Notes: generated from the sequence alone by a model not told the origin. Counted from the stretch's first letter, positions 48,247 to 57,834 are shown. The stretch is 64,000 nucleotides of DNA from Candidatus Hydrogenedentota bacterium (GCA_045863335.1 BTVY01000020.1:1-64000), one strand, 5' to 3'. Numbers and translations: made by a program.

Positions 48247-49755
48247 CTATAAACAAACCGTCTCGAAAGGCCAATCCAACAACGTGGCGACCTTTCGAAA
48301 AACTCCCGCGTTCCTCCCAACGGACATGGCCACGTGATGGGTCGGTCCCAAAGCAAACCATTCGTTCATGAACTGCGACGGTCCTTTCGCGAACCGCACC
48401 GGCGTCATCGTATTGCCGATGCGCAGGATCTCCCCGTCGGTCGCCTCGCCCTGGTTGACGATCATCTTCAGCCGCCCATCCACCGTTTGCGTGACCCCCA
48501 GAATCGTGATGGACCCCGTCTTCACCTTCGCTTCCACGGATACGCCCGCGCCCCACTTTCCGTGGTACAAGCCCATGCCGCGCAGGATCGGCTTCCGATC
48601 GGAAATATTGATATGGAAAGGCCCGTCGTGCCCCATCAGGATGGTCTGGTCCACGAAGTCCGTCGCCACAATTTCGCTGTAACTGCCGCCCACGCCCAGG
48701 ATGTCCGAGATTTTCATGGCGATAGCGGTCTTCATGTCGCCCTCGCCGGAACAGGGGATCCCGCGCGCGGTCAACAGCGAATGCCCGAGGATGAACCCCG
48801 CCTGCAACCGTTCGTACTCATTGCCCGGCGCGCCGCGGTAGTAATAGGTCAACGCATCAAGATCGAACTCGCGCACGAGTTTCTCCTGCGCTACCGCCAC
48901 CGTGCACGACCAGTTCAACTGTTCCGGAGTCGGTTTCTTGGCGAGCGGGTCCGACGGCGAATCCTCGCTGATGATAAAAAGCTCTTCGATCTCCCGCAGC
49001 TTTACCTTCTTCTCCGCCTCGGTGACCTCGGCCACAAGGCGCGCCAAGTCGCACATCTCCAGGATCTCCACGTGCAGTCCGGTCTGCGCCTGGATCATCG
49101 TGAAGTCGCTGTACATGTCGAGCATGCCGGGGTACGTGTGCCCGAGGAATCCCATGCGGCCGCACTGCAAGGTCCGCGCCACCGACGCCGCCCGCACCCA
49201 CGCGTCGATCTCCTCCCACGCCGCGATGGCGTCGGGATGCTTCGCCGTGGCCTCGTTCGCCACCGAAATCTCCGGAGTCTTTTCGAGCCCCAGCAGTCCG
49301 CTCACGACGTGAAACGGAATGCCCGACCGCGTGTAGGCGTTTGCGATCTCCGGAACGCAACACGCGCAACAATGCGCCAGCCACTCCCCGGTCGCGGTCT
49401 TCGCATAGTTCATCCGCTCGGACGGTTGCAGGTTCAGGACGATGGTAGGCCGTTTGCAGATCTGCTGAATCGGCAGGTGCGTCGCGCTCATCGCATAGGT
49501 GGCCGCGTGACAGACCAGCAGGTCGACGTTCTGAGCGTTGAAGAACTCCCCCGCCGCGTGCGCCTTCGCTTCCGTGTCGACCATGCCGAAGTTGTGGACC
49601 TCGCCATGCGCCGCCAGCCGCCCCTCGACGAACTTGCCGTAATCGATCAGCCGATCGAGCAGCCCTTCAAACTGATTCCAGTAGTGGGCATGACCAATGG
49701 AGTAGAGCCCGATGCGGCCCTTCAAGGCAGGCTTTATTGCAGACATCTCCGGCAT
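48247..49755 (-). CDS. L-fucose/L-arabinose isomerase-family protein
   Basis: YWNQFEGL, CCVPEIA, YPGMLDMYSD, SGEGDMKTA, GHDGPFH and GPTHHVAMSVG metal-binding motifs. Start taken at ATG 49755 (GGGGTG RBS). Confidence 0.88.
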   Translation of the reverse strand: MPEMSAIKPALKGRIGLYSIGHAHYWNQFEGLLDRLIDYGKFVEGRLAAHGEVHNFGMVDTEAKAHAAGEFFNAQNVDLLVCHAATYAMSATHLPIQQICKRPTIVLNLQPSERMNYAKTATGEWLAHCCACCVPEIANAYTRSGIPFHVVSGLLGLEKTPEISVANEATAKHPDAIAAWEEIDAWVRAASVARTLQCGRMGFLGHTYPGMLDMYSDFTMIQAQTGLHVEILEMCDLARLVAEVTEAEKKVKLREIEELFIISEDSPSDPLAKKPTPEQLNWSCTVAVAQEKLVREFDLDALTYYYRGAPGNEYERLQAGFILGHSLLTARGIPCSGEGDMKTAIAMKISDILGVGGSYSEIVATDFVDQTILMGHDGPFHINISDRKPILRGMGLYHGKWGAGVSVEAKVKTGSITILGVTQTVDGRLKMIVNQGEATDGEILRIGNTMTPVRFAKGPSQFMNEWFALGPTHHVAMSVGRNAGVFRKVATLLDWPFETVCL

Positions 49756-49806
49756 CGAAATCACCCCAGTTTGCACCAACCGTTCAGACGGCCCTAGGCG
49801 ACGGCC

Positions 49807-50844
49807 CTACAGCATCACGGCCACGCCTGTATTCGCGGATTCATAGCACGCGGCCAACACCTTCTGACTGTGCAATCCCGCGTCCGCGCCGGCCGATGGT
49901 TCGGTTCCCTTCAACACGGCTTCGGAGAACGCCTCGATCTCGGCGCGGTACATGTTCACCGGCGTTGGCGCGATGTCGATTCCGCCTGCGGCGTCGCGCG
50001 ACTGCTGTGCATCGTATCCGGCATCATCGCCTTCCAGGATGGCCGTCATGACGCCCGCTTCGCCCTGTCCAATGGTGCCCTCGGCGAGGATGCTGCCCTT
50101 GGATCCATACAGTTCGAGCCGGTTCTTGGAACTCGCATCGGGCACGTTGAACAGCGTGTCAACAACGCCCGTCGCGCCGTTCTCGAAATCCAGCAACACA
50201 ACCGAGCTGTCCTCGCTCTTGTAACTGTGTACGAGGTTACGCGTCACGCAATGCACACTGCGCACGGGGCCGAGAATCATCTCCAGCAGATCGATGCAGT
50301 GACTGCCAAGGTCCACCAGAGTGCCGCCGCCGCCGCTGGCCGGGTCCTGTCGCCACGCGCCCTCGATCGGCGGATACCAACAGGACAATTGCGCGCGCGC
50401 GAAGACCGGCTTCCCCAGCTTGCCCGACTGCACCAGGTCGCGCGCCGCCTGGTGTTGCGCGTGGAACCGCATCATCAGTCCGACGCCGAACTTCACGCCG
50501 TTCTTCCTACAGGCATCGACCATGCGCTCAGCTTCCGCCACGTTGAGTCCGAGCGGTTTTTCGCACAACACATGTTTTCCCGATTCCGCCGCGCGTATCA
50601 CCTGATCGCAGTGCACGTTTACCGGCGTAGCGATATAAACCGCATCGCAAGCTCCGGCCAGCAATTCGCCATAATCCGCGTACGCCTCCGCGCCGAATTC
50701 CTTCGCCACGTCAACGGTCGCATCTTCGGTGCGATCGTGCACCCCGGCCAGTTCCGCGTTCGCCGCGGGCATGATTCCTTCCGGGATAGTCCGCCGCCGT
50801 GCGATCCCGCCGCACCCGCAGACGCCCCATTTCACCTTGCTCAT
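49807..50844 (-). CDS. Gfo/Idh/MocA-family oxidoreductase
   Basis: VKWGVCGCGGIA, DAVYIATP, KHVLCEKP and GGGTLVDLGSHCID. Start at MSKVKWG. Confidence 0.93.
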   Translation of the reverse strand: MSKVKWGVCGCGGIARRRTIPEGIMPAANAELAGVHDRTEDATVDVAKEFGAEAYADYGELLAGACDAVYIATPVNVHCDQVIRAAESGKHVLCEKPLGLNVAEAERMVDACRKNGVKFGVGLMMRFHAQHQAARDLVQSGKLGKPVFARAQLSCWYPPIEGAWRQDPASGGGGTLVDLGSHCIDLLEMILGPVRSVHCVTRNLVHSYKSEDSSVVLLDFENGATGVVDTLFNVPDASSKNRLELYGSKGSILAEGTIGQGEAGVMTAILEGDDAGYDAQQSRDAAGGIDIAPTPVNMYRAEIEAFSEAVLKGTEPSAGADAGLHSQKVLAACYESANTGVAVML

Positions 50845-50855
50845 GGCAATCCTCT

Positions 50856-52130
50856 CTACTTCGCGTAAGCCGCGATGACTTTCTTGATCCCGGCGGCAAT
50901 ACCGCGCATGTGCTCTTCTTCGTAGGTCGGGAAGATAAACGTAATAAATGTCCGGCTCTGGTGCCACACCGCGTTCGGTACTTCTACTTTGCTGTAGTCC
51001 ACCGACGCCGGGTCCGCGTACTCCTTGCTCGTGAAGGGAAACCCGGTGTCGCCATAGGAATTGTGCTTCGTAAAAGCCTCTTCCGTGTGACACTGGGGCC
51101 AGAACACCTTCCAACACGGCGCGCCTTCCGCGCCCAACGCCTCCAGGAACGTGCCCATGTCACACGACATCTGATCGATGTCGAGCGTAATCGGAAACAC
51201 GTACCAGCCGTTCTGGCGCTCCGGCGTGTCCACCGGCAAATACAGGATCTGCGGCACGTCGGCCAGCGCGTCCATCAGGATCTGCGCGTTGCGCTTGCGC
51301 CGCGGCATGTTCCACGTGTCGATCCGGTTCAACTCGTGGATGCCGATGACGGATTGCATCTCCGTCATGCGGTAGTTCCAGCCGACCTGCGTATGCACGT
51401 AGGAGAGTTTCTGCTCCATTTCCAGCAGCTTAAGCCGCTCCTGCACGTTGTACCCGTGGTCGCGGAAACTCCGGCAGCGCCAGGCCACGTCCTCGTTGTC
51501 CGTCGTCACCATTCCGCCTTCGCCGCCCGTCGTGAAGGTCTTGTTCTGACAGAAGCTGCACGCCGCGATGTCGCCCAGCGAACCGGTCTTCTTGCCCTTG
51601 TACACCCCGCCGTAAGCCTCGGCATTGTCCTCAATCACGAAGAGGCCATGCTTCTTGGCCAACGCTTTGATGGGGTCCATATCGGCCACGTTGCCATACA
51701 GATGCACCGGCATGATCGCCCTCGTCCGGGGACCAATCAGCTTCTCGATGGATTCCACGCTGATACAGTGGTCTTCCTTGTTCACATCCGCGAATCGCGG
51801 AATCGCGCCCGCCTGCAACACGGAAAACGAGCTGGCAATAAAGGTGTAGCTTGGGACAATCACCTCATCCCCGGGGCCAATCCCCAGTCCGGCCAGCGCC
51901 GTGTGGAGCGCGCTCGTGCCGTTCGTCGTGCTGATGGCGTACTTGCTCCCCTGCCACGCCGCAAATTTCTTTTCGAACTCCATCCCCTTCGGACCGGTCC
52001 AGTAGTTCACCTTCCCGTTCTTCAACGGCTCCGATACCGCCGCAATCGTCGCGTCGTCAAACGCCGGCCAATGGGGAAGCGGCCCGCTTACACTCTTGGG
52101 TCCGCCATTAATCGCAAGGTCACTGCTCAT
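50856..52130 (-). CDS. DegT/DnrJ/EryC1/StrS-family PLP sugar aminotransferase
   Basis: NGTSALH, GDEVIVPSYTF, PVHLYG, IEDNAEAYG, SFCQNKTFTTGGEGG (PLP Lys) and GWNYRM. Confidence 0.94.
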   Translation of the reverse strand: MSSDLAINGGPKSVSGPLPHWPAFDDATIAAVSEPLKNGKVNYWTGPKGMEFEKKFAAWQGSKYAISTTNGTSALHTALAGLGIGPGDEVIVPSYTFIASSFSVLQAGAIPRFADVNKEDHCISVESIEKLIGPRTRAIMPVHLYGNVADMDPIKALAKKHGLFVIEDNAEAYGGVYKGKKTGSLGDIAACSFCQNKTFTTGGEGGMVTTDNEDVAWRCRSFRDHGYNVQERLKLLEMEQKLSYVHTQVGWNYRMTEMQSVIGIHELNRIDTWNMPRRKRNAQILMDALADVPQILYLPVDTPERQNGWYVFPITLDIDQMSCDMGTFLEALGAEGAPCWKVFWPQCHTEEAFTKHNSYGDTGFPFTSKEYADPASVDYSKVEVPNAVWHQSRTFITFIFPTYEEEHMRGIAAGIKKVIAAYAK

Positions 52131-52195
52131 GAATTACCCCTCCTTATTTCATACCCTGATGATCTACGCTGGACTGTCGGTTTTTCAAGGAGAAA

Positions 52196-52224
52196 CCGGA
52201 AATCATATCCGGATGTGGTACGAT
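52196..52224 (+). promoter_or_regulatory. Candidate extended -10 promoter and short dyad in the divergent intergenic region
   Basis: TG-G-TACGAT at 52216-52224, immediately preceded by CCGGA-N7-TCCGG at 52196-52212. Confidence 0.35.
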
Positions 52225-52261
52225 GGCCGCCAGCACGTATTTTCTGGAGTGTGTAAAACGG

Positions 52262-52690
52262 ATGGCAAACGTTCACAAAGATTTTCATGGCGCGCTCAGC
52301 TACGCCTTCGAGTTTCTGGAATCCAATTACGGCGAGGATGGCCTGCGAGATTTCCTGGACCGGCTCGGGGATACCGTCTACAAACCCCTCGTACTGGACC
52401 TTAAAGCGCGCGGACTTCCCGCCCTGGAGGACCATTGGCGGCGCATCATGGACCTGGAAGGCGGGGAGTATACGCTGCGCATGGACGGCGATACGCTCGT
52501 ACTCGATCTCCGCGCCTGCCCCGCCGTCCATCACATGCGCGCCCATGACTACCGGGTTTCCGAACATTTCTGCGAGCACACCCGCATCGTCAACGAGGCC
52601 ATCTGCCGGCGCGCCGGTTATCAAGCCACGGTTGAATACGACCAGGACAAGGGACGTTGCGTGCAGCGGTTCCGAAAGGCGGACGCATGA
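52262..52690 (+). CDS. Small Cys-motif hypothetical protein (V4R/ATC-hydrolase-like fold suspected), paralogue A
   Basis: GGAG RBS, helical N-half, then ACPA...FCEHT...GRCVQRF. Confidence 0.65.
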   Translation: MANVHKDFHGALSYAFEFLESNYGEDGLRDFLDRLGDTVYKPLVLDLKARGLPALEDHWRRIMDLEGGEYTLRMDGDTLVLDLRACPAVHHMRAHDYRVSEHFCEHTRIVNEAICRRAGYQATVEYDQDKGRCVQRFRKADA

Positions 52691-53130
52691 TCTCGTGCAC
52701 GGAATTCATCTGGGTCTACAACGAACTATTCCGCTATCTCGAAGAACGGGGCGGCGAAGAGAAAGTCCGTGAGTTCTGGCAGGGGATCGCCGACAACTTC
52801 CTGCAGAATCTCCGCGAGTACATCGAGCAGGACGGCCTGGAAGGCATGCACAAGTACTGGACCCACACGTTGACCGAAGAAGGCGGGCGCCACAAGCTCA
52901 CTCTCTACGACGACATGTTCATTATCGACATGCACGATTGCCCTTCGGCGAAGCTGGTTCATCACGGCGGCCGCGTGGAGCCGTACACGAAGTACTGCGA
53001 ACACTGCCAGTGGCTGTATCCTCCGCTCATTCGCGAGTACGGATACGAGGTGGACTACGAGATCATCAGTTGCGAGAAGGGCCAGTGCCGGATGACCGTG
53101 CGAAAGCCGCCCGCCGGTATGGATGGGTAA
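52687..53130 (+). CDS. Small Cys-motif hypothetical protein (V4R/ATC-hydrolase-like fold suspected), paralogue B
   Basis: ATGA overlap with paralogue A and the same layout: GLEGMHKYW...EGG...DCPS...YCEHC...GQCRMTV. Confidence 0.65.
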   Translation: MISCTEFIWVYNELFRYLEERGGEEKVREFWQGIADNFLQNLREYIEQDGLEGMHKYWTHTLTEEGGRHKLTLYDDMFIIDMHDCPSAKLVHHGGRVEPYTKYCEHCQWLYPPLIREYGYEVDYEIISCEKGQCRMTVRKPPAGMDG

Positions 53131-54052
53131 TCAGGTAGACGTGTAGCGCGAGGGCCAGCAGGATCAGTCCCGCGCCGGCGATTTGAATCGCGTCCATGCG
53201 CTCGGTCAACAACACGTATCCCATCGCGGCGCCCACCAGGGGTTGCACGAATAACGAAAACGCCGCGGCGTTCACGGGGATCACCCGAAGACTCGCCAGC
53301 CAGAAGTAGTAACACGCGACCGTCGTAACCGGTCCCGCCCAGGCCAGTCCAATCGCGCTCACGGCGGTGAAGTTGCGCAGATTTGGTAACGCGCCGGTGA
53401 ACGCCAGGTACGCGGTAAGCAATACGAATCCGGTCGCTAAACACGTAAGCAGAATCGTCCCCGGCCGCGCGCGCTGCACGAGACGGCCGCCCATGATGCT
53501 GAACATGGATTCGCCCACCATGCCGGAAAGCAAGAGAAGGTTCCCAAACAAGTGACCGCTGGCAACGAGGCCCAGCCACGTATTCGCCATGCCGCTCAAC
53601 AACACGAACCCGCCAAAGGCGATCCCCAACACCAGCCAGCGCGATGCGCGCATGCGCTCGTGAAGCACCAGCCACGCCAGTAAGATGGTGATCACCGGTT
53701 CGAGACCCGTGATAAAGGAGTTGTGAACCGCGAGCGAACGGTCGAGTCCGACCGTGACCACAATCGGCGTCACAAAATACACAATCGCGCCAGCGATTAT
53801 GGCCTCCGTCCACGGAAACCGCGACGCGTGCGTCAGTTTCGGCCGGTGCCGCACCAACACGAAGGGCGCGAGAACGAGCACGCTCACCGCAATCCGGAGC
53901 CAGGCCACCTGGATCGGCGCGAAGTCCCGGAGGATGAACTTCGTCATCACGGGGTTTCCCGCCCAGAGCAGATTGATGCCGACGAGTCCCAGGAATAACA
54001 GGATCGGCGTATGCTTCAACGGTCGCGCAGACGATTCGGCGGAGCGCTTCAC
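53066..54052 (-). CDS. DMT/EamA-family transporter
   Basis: LLWAGN, PIQVAWLR, EPVITILLAWLVLHER, QPLVG...LLTER and about 10 TMs. GTGA overlap with the upstream hydrolase. Confidence 0.92.
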   Translation of the reverse strand: MKRSAESSARPLKHTPILLFLGLVGINLLWAGNPVMTKFILRDFAPIQVAWLRIAVSVLVLAPFVLVRHRPKLTHASRFPWTEAIIAGAIVYFVTPIVVTVGLDRSLAVHNSFITGLEPVITILLAWLVLHERMRASRWLVLGIAFGGFVLLSGMANTWLGLVASGHLFGNLLLLSGMVGESMFSIMGGRLVQRARPGTILLTCLATGFVLLTAYLAFTGALPNLRNFTAVSAIGLAWAGPVTTVACYYFWLASLRVIPVNAAAFSLFVQPLVGAAMGYVLLTERMDAIQIAGAGLILLALALHVYLITHPYRRAAFARSSGTGPSRN

Positions 54053-54978
54053 TTCAGATACTGCTCGATCCACGCCAAGGCATCGGGCACGTAGACCTCT
54101 GTCAGTTTATGGCCCTGGTCGTACCAGATAATGTTCGTGTTCGGCCCTTTGATGTAGGCATGGTACGTCGCGTTCATCGTTGTCTTGTCGTACATGTCGT
54201 CCTGACTGCCCATGAGCATGAGGAATGGCGTATCGCAGACGCCCCACGAGTAATCCACGGGCGACGCGGGATTATAGTTCTCGTTGATCAGCGGCGGCAC
54301 GCACGCGACCACCGCCTTGATGCGCGGTTCCACCGACACGAGAAAGAAAGCGTCCATCCCGCCCATGCTGTATCCCACCAACCCGATCCGGTTGGCGTCG
54401 ATATCGTCCCGCTGCGTGATGTAGTCCAACCCGCGCCGGTAATCCTTCACGGTTTGAATGGATATTTCAGCGAACGTGAAGTAGTTCACCTTTCCCGGCG
54501 CATTCGGGTCATTGAAGGCGTTCACGTGCTGGTAATCAATCTCGTTGCTGCGTTCTCCGTGCGTCGCCGCGTCCAGCGCCATCACCGCGTACCCTGCGCC
54601 GAGCAACGCTTTCCGCATATTGCCGCCACTCATGATGTTGCCGTCTTCCCACCAGCCCTCCTTGTTTCCGGACCAGCCGTGCAGCAGCAAAACGAGCGGG
54701 CATGGTTTCGCCGCGTTCTTGGGCAGTTCGATGTACCCCGGAACGATGAACCCCTGCGCGCCGCGAAACACAAACTTCTGACGCAGCGTTTCTTCGCCAT
54801 CCCATTCGCGCACGATCCGCCCTTCCAGCGGCATCGACGGATTGATATCAAAGAACGGCAGCCGCGCCCTAAACGCTTCCTCGCTGATCCGCGGATACGG
54901 CGTCGCCTCCTGCGCCGCAGCCCCAATCGCAAGGATCGCCAAAGTCAACGCAAGTACACAAGATCGATTGCCAGTCAT
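54049..54978 (-). CDS. Secreted alpha/beta-fold hydrolase (esterase-like)
   Basis: VLLLHG, RIGLVGYSMGG nucleophile elbow, MGSQDD and QGH. Confidence 0.88.
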   Translation of the reverse strand: MTGNRSCVLALTLAILAIGAAAQEATPYPRISEEAFRARLPFFDINPSMPLEGRIVREWDGEETLRQKFVFRGAQGFIVPGYIELPKNAAKPCPLVLLLHGWSGNKEGWWEDGNIMSGGNMRKALLGAGYAVMALDAATHGERSNEIDYQHVNAFNDPNAPGKVNYFTFAEISIQTVKDYRRGLDYITQRDDIDANRIGLVGYSMGGMDAFFLVSVEPRIKAVVACVPPLINENYNPASPVDYSWGVCDTPFLMLMGSQDDMYDKTTMNATYHAYIKGPNTNIIWYDQGHKLTEVYVPDALAWIEQYLK

Positions 54979-54997
54979 TAGCAAGACAACCTCCCAA

Positions 54998-55147
54998 GGA
55001 GGGCGGGGTTTCCAACCCGCCAAACCCATCGCTCGTTAACCGGATCACATTCATAACAAAAGAGTCATAACATCGCGCTTGATAACTCACGGCGTAACCG
55101 CTTCGAATCGCAATTGTTCGCGGGGCGGGTTGGAAAACCCGCTCTCC
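54998..55147. repeat. Inverted REP pair (REPIN-like)
   Basis: GGAGGGCGGGGTTTCCAACCCGCC (54998-55021) and the near-perfect inverse GGCGGGTTGGAAAACCCGCTCTCC (55124-55147). Confidence 0.8.
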
Positions 55148-57585
55148 TATTTCCACAACGTCCCACCCACATCAACCGTCACTTCCGGTCGCGGCCGTGG
55201 ATAATTCTCCCCCCGGTACGTGTCGAACTGAATCGACGGGAAAGTCTCCACCTCCGCCCTGCTGGGACCTCGCGTCACTGTGCACGTAACGCGTTCTTCA
55301 GCTGCGACCGCGACCGTCCCATCCGGGAACGTCACCGTCGCATTCTGTCCGCCAACGATCGTAACGGCCTCCGCATCCCGCACTGCGGTGAACGCCGCAT
55401 CTGTGGTTATGGAAACGCCATCATCGAACTGCACTATCCCCGGCCCGAAACAAACGTAGTACGTATGGGACTCCGTAGCAATGAAGACCCCATTCGTCCC
55501 CGCGAATTGAAACTCCCGCGCCGATGCCTCATCTTTCCATGCGTCCCACACCGCCAGAAACGGTACGTCGTCGCGGCGCCGCACGCACAGCGTCTGGCAT
55601 GGCGGGTCGTCCTTCGTAATGACAGCGTTCGCAATCGGATACGTCTCCAAGGCAAACACTTCCGTTCCCTCTGCCCCCGCCATCGTCAGACGTGCCTGCG
55701 CGTCACCCACCTGCCACCGCGCTTCCCAGTCCGAATCGGTCATCACTGACTTAACGTTCCCGCTACCGTTGTACAACCAGTCCGCGGGCTCAAAGCTGCC
55801 CTCGGCCATGGGGATCGAAAGCTCCGTCGACGCACCGCCGTGGTGCAGCATCCAATCGTGCGTCTCACCGCCCGCGACCACGAAGCAATCGATAACCACA
55901 TCCTCGATCAATGCAACACTGCGGCGGTACGCGTTCGTTTGCGGGTACAGGTTGTCAGCATGAAGTTCTGCAAACTGCAACCAATCGCTCGAAAAGAAAT
56001 GCTCGACCTTCGGTAACTGCTCCTCCGTCAAGGCCTCGCCCTGCGTCTGCGACTCGCCGTCGACCGTCACGGTGTTATGCATGGGCGACAAGGTCCCTAA
56101 CACACGCGTCACGCTCTCGTTGTACGGCGTCGCCTTCTCCAGCGCCAGCAACTCGCCCTGCGAATAGAACAGGAGCCCCAACCGGTCCGCGTGTTGATGG
56201 CCACCCCCGGGGATCAGTGCGTTCAGTCCGACCCAGGCGCGGTTCCCTTCCCACGTATTACGCAGCGACACCCACCCACTGGACAGATACGAACTCGTTT
56301 CCGCCAACTCGTGTTGCTCGATCCGATCCGCGCCGTACAAGAGTGCTACCCAATTCCGGTCGCCCTCGCGATACGCCGGATAATCGCCTACCCCTTTCAA
56401 ACCGTAGAAGCGATACCCCACCTCGGCGGTCACGTAGTAATCGTCCATGCCCGCGATGGGCTGCGTCGAATCGCCAATAGTCGGCATCTTCCGGTTCGGC
56501 ATGGCCATGGACATGAACCAGTGCAGTGCGCGCGCAATAACCGCGCCCCCTTCGCTCGCCGGATTGGTCAGGTCGTACTGCTCAGGAGGAAACCGGACCG
56601 GGTCCATGGCCGAAAGACTGCGCGACAGGACCGCGAACTCACAGAGATGAGAAACAGGATACAGATGATATCCGGAGCACATCTCCCAATACGCGCCGTC
56701 CGGTTTGAAGTGCGTGGCCAGCAACCGGCGCATGCTCCGGTGCTCGGATTGATGCTCCGCGTCGTATGCGCCGAACCCGAAACTCCAGTCGATGAGATCG
56801 TCCCGCTCCAACGCGAGCGCCGTCTGCACGATTGCGCGATGCCATTGATACACGTTGTTGTGGTCGTACGTGTAGATGGGCTCCAGCAGGATGTCGTCCA
56901 GCATGCGCTGTAACACCGCCGTTTCGACCCGTGCTCGTTGCTCCTCCGTCATCGTGTCGCGCACCACCTCGTACGCACACGCCAGGTCGTACAGGATCTT
57001 ATTGTCCCCTTCCCGATGGTAGGTGAGGAGTTTTCGCATCTGCGGATCGGGGTCGGAAGTCACGGTCAACCCGTCCAACGTATCCGCGAAGAGCAGCAGA
57101 ATTTCTACGCTCCGCCCGGTGTATGCCTCGTCTCCGTCCACCGCGCCAATTACCGCGAACTCGCTCGCCACCGTCGCCGCCATCTGGTAGAAGAGGCAGA
57201 CCCACCCCTCGTACATGGTCCCGTGGTAACGGTGGGACGCCTCGTACACGCCGGGGTCCGTGTCCGACGTAAAGGTCTTACCGCAGGTGGGACAGGTGAA
57301 GGTCTCCGGTTCCAGCGGGTCAAAGGTCAGCCGCGTGCGATCCGTGGGACACGAGAAGTTGTGGTACACGTTTCCGCGCACGGTGGGAAACACACGCCGG
57401 AGATCCTCCGTCGACGTATCCCGCCATACGCTGCGTCCCCGCTTCTCCGATTCGAAAAGCGCCTTCGCCCAGTCCTGCGTACCGACCTTGGTGCGTACTT
57501 CGTGAAGCGTATCCGCCGTGATGAGACCGGCGGGATGCTGCCATTGGACGGCGGCGACGAAACAAAGAGTCCAGAGTGCATTCAT
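55147..57585 (-). CDS. Heparinase II/III-like / oligo-alginate-lyase-like polysaccharide lyase
   Basis: N-terminal alpha-helical region with DHNN and DGAYWE..GYHLY. C-terminal GGHQHADRLG and MHNTVTVDG motifs. Confidence 0.8.
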   Translation of the reverse strand: MNALWTLCFVAAVQWQHPAGLITADTLHEVRTKVGTQDWAKALFESEKRGRSVWRDTSTEDLRRVFPTVRGNVYHNFSCPTDRTRLTFDPLEPETFTCPTCGKTFTSDTDPGVYEASHRYHGTMYEGWVCLFYQMAATVASEFAVIGAVDGDEAYTGRSVEILLLFADTLDGLTVTSDPDPQMRKLLTYHREGDNKILYDLACAYEVVRDTMTEEQRARVETAVLQRMLDDILLEPIYTYDHNNVYQWHRAIVQTALALERDDLIDWSFGFGAYDAEHQSEHRSMRRLLATHFKPDGAYWEMCSGYHLYPVSHLCEFAVLSRSLSAMDPVRFPPEQYDLTNPASEGGAVIARALHWFMSMAMPNRKMPTIGDSTQPIAGMDDYYVTAEVGYRFYGLKGVGDYPAYREGDRNWVALLYGADRIEQHELAETSSYLSSGWVSLRNTWEGNRAWVGLNALIPGGGHQHADRLGLLFYSQGELLALEKATPYNESVTRVLGTLSPMHNTVTVDGESQTQGEALTEEQLPKVEHFFSSDWLQFAELHADNLYPQTNAYRRSVALIEDVVIDCFVVAGGETHDWMLHHGGASTELSIPMAEGSFEPADWLYNGSGNVKSVMTDSDWEARWQVGDAQARLTMAGAEGTEVFALETYPIANAVITKDDPPCQTLCVRRRDDVPFLAVWDAWKDEASAREFQFAGTNGVFIATESHTYYVCFGPGIVQFDDGVSITTDAAFTAVRDAEAVTIVGGQNATVTFPDGTVAVAAEERVTCTVTRGPSRAEVETFPSIQFDTYRGENYPRPRPEVTVDVGGTLWK

Positions 57586-57676
57586 GCCATGGCACCTCCC
57601 AAGACCTTTGGTAAAACCTCCCCCAAACAAGATGACAATATGGCGGTCACACCAAACGCATCAACAAGGCAGCCCC

Positions 57677-57834
57677 TATGGAGTGCGGCCCCTTGGGGCT
57701 GCTTTCCTCGAGCAGGCTTGCCTGCGACTCGATGAGAGAGATTTCGTCCTTATCCCTGAAACTAACCGGCTCGATGCTCTTAGGTCCTTCACAATCGACT
57801 GAAGAAAAGCAGCCCCAAGGGGCCGCACTCCATA
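57677..57834. repeat. Inverted REP pair (REPIN-like) with perfect 29-bp arms
   Basis: TATGGAGTGCGGCCCCTTGGGGCTGCTTT (57677-57705) and AAAGCAGCCCCAAGGGGCCGCACTCCATA (57806-57834). Each arm is itself a hairpin. Confidence 0.85.

Noticed and set aside
49787-49809. Short direct repeat GACGGCCCTA twice at the end of the Gfo gene
   Set aside because: A 10-bp duplication in GC-rich DNA is too short to support a target-site or regulatory claim.
50845-51117. Upstream-extended starts in the ORF track (for example 51117, 3995, 12587, 13158, 24101, 24943)
   Set aside because: Most of these extensions overlap neighbouring genes and all lack family similarity. Downstream starts with an RBS or stop-start overlap fit better.
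35875-52256. Other long shadow ORFs (35875-37230, 48334-49797, 49870-50868, 50799-52256)
   Set aside because: Each lies antisense to a gene with clear family motifs, and the translations are Arg/His/Val-rich with no recognisable domain.
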